Source: Escherichia phage MLF4. From it: a stretch of DNA of 64,000 bases. The notes under the pieces are model-generated. The model made no database searches. It was not told the DNA's origin and saw only the letters and a program-made list of their open reading frames with translations. Of the stretch, positions 56,783 through 64,000 are shown piece after piece. The translations under genes and the position numbers were made by a program. The DNA lies in the sequence record NC_055780.1; one strand, 5' to 3'. Every line of letters starts with the position of its first letter. The stretch's first letter is position 1.

Positions 56783-56959
56783 ATGCCAATGTATGATTAT
56801 AAATGCCAATCTGAAGACTGCGGGCATGAATATGAAAAAATTAAAAAGATTTCTGAACGAGAAAATGATGTTTGCCCTAAATGTCATCGTTTGTCTACTC
56901 GTCGGCCTTCTGCTCCTAAGCATGTGAATGGCGGATTTTACGACTTACTTAAAGGATAA
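56783..56959 (+). CDS. small zinc-ribbon protein (58 aa)
   Basis: ATG after AAGGAATAATT; CxxC..(19)..CxxC; below ORF-track cutoff. Confidence 0.4.
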   Translation: MPMYDYKCQSEDCGHEYEKIKKISERENDVCPKCHRLSTRRPSAPKHVNGGFYDLLKG

Positions 56960-56961
56960 TT

Positions 56962-57333
56962 ATGTTTAAAATCGGTAAGAAGTATCGTATTCGCAAAGGC
57001 GAAGAAAAGAAATATCTAATGTCTGCTATTTATAGGAATGGTTCTATTAATGCTGTAATATCTACAAACGAATTTATCGTTGAAGATATGAAAGGTCATA
57101 ATGTTACAATGATTAGTACAGCATCCGGAAATGATGGAAAAATTCTTCACAGTTTTCAGAGTAATGTTCTAATTTATGATGAAGAATTTGACTTCTTCGA
57201 AGAAGTCACAGAAGATTTTGATTTTGAATGCACTATTACCATGAAATCTGGCGACCCTCTTTCTTTTACAGTTAAAGATGAAAGAAGTCGCTTGAGAATT
57301 ATTAGTCTTCTTCAAGCCATTAAATTTGAGTGA
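56962..57333 (+). CDS. hypothetical protein (123 aa)
   Basis: ATG 2 nt after upstream stop. Confidence 0.45.
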   Translation: MFKIGKKYRIRKGEEKKYLMSAIYRNGSINAVISTNEFIVEDMKGHNVTMISTASGNDGKILHSFQSNVLIYDEEFDFFEEVTEDFDFECTITMKSGDPLSFTVKDERSRLRIISLLQAIKFE

Positions 57334-57338
57334 AAATT

Positions 57339-57599
57339 ATGAAATATATTAATCGTTCTATCGCGGCATTAGTATTAGCAGTGTCTTTAGCAGGATGTAC
57401 TGATGCTGATAATGCAACCAAAGTTTTATCTTCAAGTGGTTTTACTAATATTGAAATCACTGGATATAATTGGTTTGGTTGTTCTGAAAATGATTTCCAA
57501 CATACTGGATTTCGTGCTATTGGACCTACTGGGCAGAAAGTAGAAGGAACAGTATGTTCTGGGCTGTTCTTTAAGGATTCAACTATTCGTTTTAAATAA
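57339..57599 (+). CDS. putative lipoprotein (86 aa)
   Basis: ORF-track start 57330 is GTG; ATG 57339; signal peptide with lipobox LAGC. Confidence 0.5.
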   Translation: MKYINRSIAALVLAVSLAGCTDADNATKVLSSSGFTNIEITGYNWFGCSENDFQHTGFRAIGPTGQKVEGTVCSGLFFKDSTIRFK

Positions 57600-57617
57600 A
57601 AGGCCTTCGGGCCTTTA
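57598..57617 (+). terminator. hairpin terminator (AGGCC-TTCG-GGCCT + TTT)
   Basis: UUCG-loop hairpin immediately after stop codon. Confidence 0.5.
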
Positions 57618-57668
57618 GCTTTATGATTGCCGGAGTATAATATTCCCGAAACCAAACGAGGATAAGTG

Positions 57669-59486
57669 ATGATTAAGAATGAAATTAAAATTCTGAGCGA
57701 TATTGAACATATCAAAAAGCGTAGTGGCATGTACATTGGCTCTTCTGCTAATGAAATGCATGAGCGCTTTCTGTTTGGTAAATGGGAAAGTGTTCAGTAT
57801 GTACCTGGTCTTGTTAAGCTTATTGATGAAATTATCGATAACTCAGTCGATGAAGGTATTCGTACTAAGTTTAAATTCGCAAATAAAATTAATGTTACTA
57901 TTAAAAACAATCAAGTAACAGTTGAAGATAACGGTCGTGGTATTCCACAAGCGATGGTTAAAACACCTACCGGTGAAGAAATTCCTGGTCCAGTTGCTGC
58001 TTGGACTATTCCAAAAGCGGGTGGTAACTTTGGTGATGATAAAGAACGTGTCACCGGTGGTATGAATGGTGTTGGTTCTAGTTTAACTAACATTTTTTCT
58101 GTGATGTTTGTCGGTGAAACTGGCGATGGTCAAAATAATATTGTAGTTCGTTGTTCAAATGGCATGGAAAATAAATCCTGGGAAACTATTCCTGGAAAAT
58201 GGAAAGGAACTCGTGTTACTTTCATTCCAGATTTTATGTCATTTGAAACTAATGAGCTGTCCCAAGTTTATCTTGACATTACACTAGATCGTCTCCAGAC
58301 ACTTGCTGTTGTTTATCCTGATATTCAATTTACCTTTAATGGTAAAAAGGTTCAGGGCAATTTTAAGAAATATGCACGACAGTATGATGAACATGCTATC
58401 GTTCAAGAACAAGAAAATTGTTCTATTGCGGTTGGTCGTTCACCGGATGGATTTCGTCAATTAACTTACGTGAATAACATTCACACTAAGAATGGTGGCC
58501 ATCACATTGACTGTGTTATGGATGATATTTGTGAAGACCTTATTCCACAAATCAAACGTAAGTTCAAAATTGATGTAACTAAAGCACGTGTCAAAGAATG
58601 TTTGACTATCGTTATGTTTGTCCGTGATATGAAAAACATGCGATTTGATTCTCAAACTAAAGAGCGTTTGACTTCTCCATTTGGCGAAATTCGTAGTCAT
58701 ATTCAGCTTGATGCTAAAAAGATTTCACGCGCTATTCTAAATAATGAAGCAATTTTAATGCCGATTATTGAAGCTGCTTTGGCTCGTAAATTGGCGGCAG
58801 AAAAAGCAGCAGAAACTAAAGCAGCTAAAAAGGCTTCTAAAGCTAAGGTTCATAAACATATCAAAGCGAATCTTTGCGGTAAAGATGCTGACACTACTCT
58901 TTTCTTGACTGAGGGTGATTCTGCTATCGGATATCTTATTGATGTTCGTGATAAAGAACTTCATGGTGGTTATCCATTACGTGGTAAAGTTCTCAACAGT
59001 TGGGGTATGTCTTATGCAGATATGCTTAAAAACAAAGAACTATTTGATATTTGCGCAATCACTGGATTAGTTCTCGGTGAAAAAGCTGAAAACTTGAATT
59101 ATCATAATATTGCTATTATGACTGATGCTGACCATGATGGTCTAGGAAGCATTTATCCTTCTCTGCTCGGATTTTTTAGTAATTGGCCAGAATTGTTTGA
59201 GCAAGGACGAATTCGCTTTGTCAAAACTCCTGTAATCATCGCTCAGGTCGGTAAAAAACAAGAATGGTTTTATACAGTCGCTGAATATGAGAGTGCCAAA
59301 GATGCTCTACCTAAACATAGCATCCGTTATATTAAAGGACTTGGCTCTTTGGAAAAATCTGAATATCGTGAGATGATTCAAAATCCAGTATATGATGTTG
59401 TTAAACTTCCTGAGAACTGGAAAGAGCTTTTTGAAATGCTCATGGGAGATAATGCTGACCTTCGTAAAGAATGGATGAGCCAGTAG
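57669..59486 (+). CDS. 39: DNA topoisomerase II ATPase subunit gp39, single uninterrupted ORF (605 aa)
   Basis: ORF-track start 57666 is GTG; ATG 57669 after GAGGAT; GHKL motif DNGRGIP, TOPRIM TEGDSA; no separate downstream gene 60. Confidence 0.85.
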   Translation: MIKNEIKILSDIEHIKKRSGMYIGSSANEMHERFLFGKWESVQYVPGLVKLIDEIIDNSVDEGIRTKFKFANKINVTIKNNQVTVEDNGRGIPQAMVKTPTGEEIPGPVAAWTIPKAGGNFGDDKERVTGGMNGVGSSLTNIFSVMFVGETGDGQNNIVVRCSNGMENKSWETIPGKWKGTRVTFIPDFMSFETNELSQVYLDITLDRLQTLAVVYPDIQFTFNGKKVQGNFKKYARQYDEHAIVQEQENCSIAVGRSPDGFRQLTYVNNIHTKNGGHHIDCVMDDICEDLIPQIKRKFKIDVTKARVKECLTIVMFVRDMKNMRFDSQTKERLTSPFGEIRSHIQLDAKKISRAILNNEAILMPIIEAALARKLAAEKAAETKAAKKASKAKVHKHIKANLCGKDADTTLFLTEGDSAIGYLIDVRDKELHGGYPLRGKVLNSWGMSYADMLKNKELFDICAITGLVLGEKAENLNYHNIAIMTDADHDGLGSIYPSLLGFFSNWPELFEQGRIRFVKTPVIIAQVGKKQEWFYTVAEYESAKDALPKHSIRYIKGLGSLEKSEYREMIQNPVYDVVKLPENWKELFEMLMGDNADLRKEWMSQ

Positions 59487-59515
59487 TTTACTTTACCACA
59501 AGGATGTGGTATAAT
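59486..59515 (+). promoter_or_regulatory. T4-type early promoter
   Basis: GTTTAC 59486-59491, 18-nt spacer, TATAAT 59510-59515. Confidence 0.6.
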
Positions 59516-59540
59516 TAATTGGGCAAATGAGGATATTGAA

Positions 59541-59744
59541 ATGAAATCATATAAAGTAAATTTAGAACTTTTTGATAAAGCAGTTCATCGAGAATATAGA
59601 ATCATTCAACGCTTTTTCGATATGGGAGAAGCCGAAGAATTTAAAAACCGCTTTAAAGATATTAGAGATAAAATTCAATCCGACACTGCAACTAAAGATG
59701 AACTACTAGAAGTTGCTGAAGTTATTAAGCGTAATATGAATTAA
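59541..59744 (+). CDS. hypothetical protein (67 aa)
   Basis: ATG after TGAGGATATTGAA. Confidence 0.45.
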   Translation: MKSYKVNLELFDKAVHREYRIIQRFFDMGEAEEFKNRFKDIRDKIQSDTATKDELLEVAEVIKRNMN

Positions 59745-59754
59745 TGAGGAAATT

Positions 59755-61932
59755 ATGATTATCACCACTGAAAAAGAAACAATTCTTGGTAATGGTTCTA
59801 AATCAAAAGCATTTAGCATCGCAGCAAATCCTAAAGTATTTAAAATTCTGTCATCTGATTTGTATACAAACAAGATTCGCGCAGTAGTCCGTGAATTGAT
59901 TACTAACATGATTGATGCTCATGCTCTCAATGGAAATCCTGAAAAATTTATCATTCAAGTTCCAGGACGATTAGATCCACGATTTGTTTGTCGAGATTTT
60001 GGTCCGGGTATGAGTGATTTTGATATTCAGGGTGATGATAATTCTCCTGGGTTATATAATTCATACTTCAGTTCATCTAAGGCTGAATCTAACGATTTCA
60101 TTGGCGGATTTGGTTTAGGTTCTAAATCTCCGTTTAGTTATACTGATACGTTTAGTATTACTTCGTATCATAAAGGTGAAATTCGTGGTTATGTAGCTTA
60201 CATGGATGGTGATGGTCCACAAATTAAACCTACATTCGTGAAAGAAATGGGTCCAGATGATAAAACTGGTATTGAAATCGTAGTTCCAGTTGAAGAAAAA
60301 GACTTTAGAAACTTTGCTTATGAAGTTTCTTATATCATGCGACCGTTCAAAGATTTGGCTATTATTAATGGTCTTGACCGCGAAATTGATTATTTTCCGG
60401 ATTTTGATGACTATTACGGTGTAAATCCAGAAAGATACTGGCCTGATCGTGGTGGATTATATGCTATCTATGGTGGTATTGTTTATCCTATCGATGGTGT
60501 TATTAGAGACCGTAACTGGCTAAGCATTCGCAATGAAGTGAATTACATTAAATTTCCAATGGGTTCACTTGATATTGCTCCATCTCGCGAGGCTCTTTCA
60601 CTGGATGATCGTACTCGTAAAAATATTATTGAACGAGTTAAAGAACTCAGTGAGAAAGCATTTAATGAAGATGTAAAACGATTTAAAGAATCTACATCTC
60701 CTCGTCACACATATCGTGAATTGATGAAGATGGGGTATTCTGCTCGAGATTATATGATTAGTAATTCAGTCAAATTCACGACTAAAAATCTGTCATATAA
60801 AAAGATGCAGAGCATGTTTGAACCTGACAGTAAGTTATGCAATGCAGGAGTTGTGTATGAAGTAAATCTTGACCCTCGACTGAAGCGCATTAAGCAAAGT
60901 CATGAAACATCAGCCGTTGCGTCAAGTTATCGTCTGTTTGGTATTAATACAACAAAAATTAATATCGTTATTGATAATATTAAAAATCGTGTTAATATTG
61001 TCCGTGGATTAGCACATGCGCTAGATGATAGTGAATTTAATAACACTTTAAATATTCATCACAATGAGCGTCTTCTGTTTATTAATCCGGAAGTAGAATC
61101 GCAGATTGATTTACTACCTGATATTATGGCAATGTTTGAAAGTGATGAAGTTAACATTCATTATTTGTCAGAAATTGAAGCTTTAGTTAAAAGCTATATT
61201 CCAAAGGTAGTTAAAAGTAAAGCTCCTCGTCCTAAAGCTGCTACAGCATTTAAGTTTGAAATTAAAGATGGGCGTTGGGAAAAAGAGGAATTATTTACAC
61301 TTACGTCAGAAGCAGATGAAATTACTGGTTATGTAGCGTATATGCATCGTTCTGATATTTTCTCTATGGATGGTACTACATCACTTTGTCATCCATCTAT
61401 GAATATTTTGATTCGTATGGCTAATCTTATTGGCATTAATGAATTTTATGTTATTCGTCCGCTTTTACAGAAAAAGGTAAAAGAACTCGGTCAGTGCCAA
61501 TGTATTTTTGAAGCTTTGCGTGATTTATATGTAGATGCTTTTGATGATGTAGATTATGATAAGTATGTAGGTTATTCAAGTTCAGCTCAACGATATATTG
61601 ATAAAATTATCAAGTATCCTGAACTAGATTTTATGATGAAGTACTTCAGTACAGATGAAGTTTCTGAAGAATATACACGACTTGGTAATATGGTTAGTTC
61701 ATTACGCGGTGTGTATTTCAATGGTGGAAAAGATACCATCGGTCATGATATCTGGACAGTAACTAATCTCTTTGATGAATTATCACGTAATGCTTCAAAA
61801 AATAGTGATAAAATGGTTGCTGAGTTTACCAAGAAATTCCGTATTGTTTCCGACTTCATCGGTTATCGCAACTCTTTAAGTGATGATGAAGTTTCCCAAA
61901 TCGCTAAAACTATGAAGGCCCTTGCGGCCTAA
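59755..61932 (+). CDS. rIIA: RIIA membrane-associated protein (725 aa)
   Basis: ATG after TGAGGAAATT; size and position before rIIB. Confidence 0.8.
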   Translation: MIITTEKETILGNGSKSKAFSIAANPKVFKILSSDLYTNKIRAVVRELITNMIDAHALNGNPEKFIIQVPGRLDPRFVCRDFGPGMSDFDIQGDDNSPGLYNSYFSSSKAESNDFIGGFGLGSKSPFSYTDTFSITSYHKGEIRGYVAYMDGDGPQIKPTFVKEMGPDDKTGIEIVVPVEEKDFRNFAYEVSYIMRPFKDLAIINGLDREIDYFPDFDDYYGVNPERYWPDRGGLYAIYGGIVYPIDGVIRDRNWLSIRNEVNYIKFPMGSLDIAPSREALSLDDRTRKNIIERVKELSEKAFNEDVKRFKESTSPRHTYRELMKMGYSARDYMISNSVKFTTKNLSYKKMQSMFEPDSKLCNAGVVYEVNLDPRLKRIKQSHETSAVASSYRLFGINTTKINIVIDNIKNRVNIVRGLAHALDDSEFNNTLNIHHNERLLFINPEVESQIDLLPDIMAMFESDEVNIHYLSEIEALVKSYIPKVVKSKAPRPKAATAFKFEIKDGRWEKEELFTLTSEADEITGYVAYMHRSDIFSMDGTTSLCHPSMNILIRMANLIGINEFYVIRPLLQKKVKELGQCQCIFEALRDLYVDAFDDVDYDKYVGYSSSAQRYIDKIIKYPELDFMMKYFSTDEVSEEYTRLGNMVSSLRGVYFNGGKDTIGHDIWTVTNLFDELSRNASKNSDKMVAEFTKKFRIVSDFIGYRNSLSDDEVSQIAKTMKALAA

Positions 61933-61943
61933 TAAGGAAAATT

Positions 61944-62882
61944 ATGTACAATATTAAATGCCTGACCAAAAACGAACAAGCTGAAATTGTTAAGCTGTAT
62001 TCAAGTGGTAATTACACCCAGCAGGAATTGGCTGATTGGCAAGGTGTATCGGTTGACACAATCCGTCGTGTTTTGAAAAATGCTGAAGAAGCTAAACGTC
62101 CTAAAGTTACTATTAGCGGTGACATTACGGTTAAAGTTAATAGCGATGCAGTTATTGCTCCAGTTGCTAAATCTGACATTATTTGGAATGCATCTAAAAA
62201 ATTCATTTCAATTACTGTTGATGGTGTAACTTATAACGCAACTCCTAATACTCATTCAAACTTCCAGGAAATTCTTAATCTGCTTGTTGCAGATAAATTG
62301 GAAGAAGCGGCACAAAAAATTAATGTTCGCCGCGCTGTTGAAAAATATATTTCTGGTGATGTTCGAATTGAAGGTGGAAGCTTGTTCTATCAAAATATTG
62401 AATTGCGGTCTGGTTTAGTTGATCGTATTCTCGATTCGATGGAAAAAGGCGAAAACTTTGAATTTTATTTTCCGTTCTTGGAAAATCTGTTAGAAAACCC
62501 GAGCCAAAAGGCGGTATCTCGACTCTTTGATTTCTTGGTAGCAAACGATATTGAAATTACAGAAGACGGTTACTTCTATGCTTGGAAAGTAGTTCGCAGT
62601 AATTACTTTGACTGCCATTCAAATACTTTTGATAACAGTCCTGGTAAAGTAGTTAAAATGCCACGTACTCGTGTGAATGACGATGATACACAAACTTGTT
62701 CTCGCGGTCTGCATGTATGTTCTAAATCTTATATTCGTCACTTTGGCAGTTCAACCAGCCGAGTTGTAAAAGTTAAAGTACATCCTCGCGATGTAGTATC
62801 AATTCCGATTGATTACAACGATGCTAAAATGCGTACCTGCCAATACGAAGTAGTTGAAGACGTTACTGAACAATTCAAATAA
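61944..62882 (+). CDS. rIIB: RIIB protein (312 aa)
   Basis: ATG after AAGGAAAATT; size and position. Confidence 0.8.
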   Translation: MYNIKCLTKNEQAEIVKLYSSGNYTQQELADWQGVSVDTIRRVLKNAEEAKRPKVTISGDITVKVNSDAVIAPVAKSDIIWNASKKFISITVDGVTYNATPNTHSNFQEILNLLVADKLEEAAQKINVRRAVEKYISGDVRIEGGSLFYQNIELRSGLVDRILDSMEKGENFEFYFPFLENLLENPSQKAVSRLFDFLVANDIEITEDGYFYAWKVVRSNYFDCHSNTFDNSPGKVVKMPRTRVNDDDTQTCSRGLHVCSKSYIRHFGSSTSRVVKVKVHPRDVVSIPIDYNDAKMRTCQYEVVEDVTEQFK

Positions 62883-62897
62883 GGGCTTCAGCCCTTA
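62881..62897 (+). terminator. hairpin AAGGGC-TTCA-GCCCTT
   Basis: Variant of the recurring 16-nt hairpin (loop TTCA). Confidence 0.45.
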
Positions 62898-62910
62898 ACT
62901 AAGGAAAATT

Positions 62911-63105
62911 ATGTTAGGTTATCAAGCACGAGTAAAAGAAGAATACGATCAATTAATGCTCAAAATTAATGCGCTGAGCAAATTTTTAGAAAGCACAAAG
63001 TTTATAACGATTAATGAAGTTGAGCAAGAATTACTGCTTTCACAATTCATCTCAATGAAATCTTACGCAGATTGTTTAGAGAAAAGAATTGCACAATTCA
63101 AATAA
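62911..63105 (+). CDS. hypothetical protein (64 aa)
   Basis: ATG after AAGGAAAATT. Confidence 0.45.
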   Translation: MLGYQARVKEEYDQLMLKINALSKFLESTKFITINEVEQELLLSQFISMKSYADCLEKRIAQFK

Positions 63106-63108
63106 AGT

Positions 63109-63127
63109 AAAGGGCTTCGGCCCTTTT
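63109..63127 (+). terminator. hairpin AAGGGC-TTCG-GCCCTT + T-rich
   Basis: Identical 16-nt element. Confidence 0.5.
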
Positions 63128-63143
63128 GTTTTAAGGGAAAATT

Positions 63144-63473
63144 ATGATTTATTGTATGAATATCGGTGATTCCGATATAAAAGAGATTAAACTGCACGGA
63201 AATCATCACGCTAATATTGTGTACTGTAATAAATTTGAGTTTGGTCACGAAAAACTTGGGTTTCTTTACTGTAATGATGTTATAGTCATGGATAAAAAGG
63301 AGCTCGATGAACTTGACCGCGAGTCTTTAGATGAAAATGACCGAATTTATTACGGCACTCTTAAAGTATATAACGCTTATCTCAGTGGTAAAAAGGAAAG
63401 TCTAAATGCAGAAAACGAATCCGGGTTTACAGAGACTATTTCAGATTCCGACATTTACCCTATCGAACGGTGA
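63144..63473 (+). CDS. hypothetical protein (109 aa)
   Basis: ATG after AAGGGAAAATT; 3' end overlaps next gene by 68 nt. Confidence 0.4.
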   Translation: MIYCMNIGDSDIKEIKLHGNHHANIVYCNKFEFGHEKLGFLYCNDVIVMDKKELDELDRESLDENDRIYYGTLKVYNAYLSGKKESLNAENESGFTETISDSDIYPIER

Positions 63474-63963
63474 CTTGACTAGTGAAATGAAGGTCAAAAT
63501 TGCTGATACAGCAAGATACTCTTTAAAACAAAATCCGAATCAGGATAAGGCAGAAGTTATCGAAAGATGCCGTATCGCTGTGTACGCAGAGTTTTTTGTA
63601 GCAGATTGGCTGAGCGGGTATGTTAACAAAGGTCAAGAAGATGTCGATGATCCGTACACATATGCATGGGATGTATTGGCGCATCCAAAATACTGTGGGC
63701 TTCGTGTAGAAGTTAAGACACATCAAACTGACTCACGTTGGATTTCGGTTACAACAGGATGCAGCGGAGAGTATCCATATGGTTCTGGAATAAATCTAGG
63801 GCCCATTCTGAATCATCAGGTCGCTGACTGTATAATTATATTCAACACTAAAGAAATTCATCCAGGTGTCATCCAGTACACTCCGAAGTTCATCGGTGAC
63901 AGAGAAGACCTTCGTAAGGTTGTAAGAAAAAGCAACTACAACGGATGGTATCTTTCCATTTAA
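63406..63963 (+). CDS. hypothetical protein (185 aa) at the denB (endonuclease IV) position
   Basis: ATG after AAAAGGAAAG; assignment by size and position only. Confidence 0.5.
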   Translation: MQKTNPGLQRLFQIPTFTLSNGDLTSEMKVKIADTARYSLKQNPNQDKAEVIERCRIAVYAEFFVADWLSGYVNKGQEDVDDPYTYAWDVLAHPKYCGLRVEVKTHQTDSRWISVTTGCSGEYPYGSGINLGPILNHQVADCIIIFNTKEIHPGVIQYTPKFIGDREDLRKVVRKSNYNGWYLSI

Positions 63964-63980
63964 AAAATTTTCACAAAACG

Positions 63981-64000
63981 GTTTACATACCACAAGGACC
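63981..64000 (+). promoter_or_regulatory. start of an early promoter (-35 GTTTAC; -10 beyond window)
   Basis: TTTTCACAAAACGGTTTAC matches upstream element plus -35 of other early promoters here. Confidence 0.3.

Noticed and set aside
31819-57668. ORF-track start codons at 31819, 38706, 40788, 54090, 55845 and 57666 (among others)
   Set aside because: These are TTG or GTG codons upstream of an in-frame ATG that has a properly spaced SD and matches remembered T4 N-termini; the ATG was used. GTG was kept only for genes 46 and 41 and proposed for 52902.
57320-57736. 138-aa minus-strand ORF
   Set aside because: Antisense to the lipoprotein gene, a terminator hairpin and the start of gene 39; no RBS; judged spurious.
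23436-63127. Possibility that the recurring 16-nt palindromes are a CRISPR-like or mobile-element repeat array
   Set aside because: Copies are kilobases apart, always at gene 3' ends, with no regular spacers; they behave as terminator or RNA-stabiliser hairpins.
1-64000. tRNA genes, group I introns, homing endonuclease genes, transposases
   Set aside because: Intergenic gaps are mostly under 150 bp and filled by promoters and hairpins; no GIY-YIG/HNH/transposase-like ORFs seen. A tRNAscan/Rfam run would be needed to exclude small RNAs.

Overview
This window is a contiguous stretch of the early/middle gene region of a T4-like (T-even) myovirus. Gene calls rest on my recollection of T4 protein sequences, sizes and gene order; no database search was possible. 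All convincing genes but one lie on the + strand, in the order: regB, tk, rI, a long block of small and mid-size ORFs, nrdC, 49, nrdD, nrdG, 55, a-gt, 47, 46, rpbA, 45, 44, 62, regA, 43, imm, 42, a glycosyltransferase, uvsX, 40, 41, dmd, sp, 61, 56, soc, modB, modA, dda, dexA, 39, rIIA, rIIB, denB. Genes are tightly packed, often with ATGA/TAATG stop-start overlaps. T4-type early promoters (GTTTAC, 18 nt, TATAAT-like), MotA-box middle promoters and UUCG-loop hairpin terminators recur throughout. I found no rRNA, CRISPR array, transposon, homing-endonuclease gene or intron, and no tRNA by eye. No single locus stands out as a clearly novel system. The best candidates for follow-up are a four-gene array of coiled-coil-tailed proteins, a nucleotidyltransferase-fold protein near an AAA+ ATPase, a macro-domain-like protein, a GrcA-like glycyl-radical gene with a host-like 3' half, a non-T4 glycosyltransferase at the beta-gt position, and a lone reverse-strand membrane ORF between 61 and 56.
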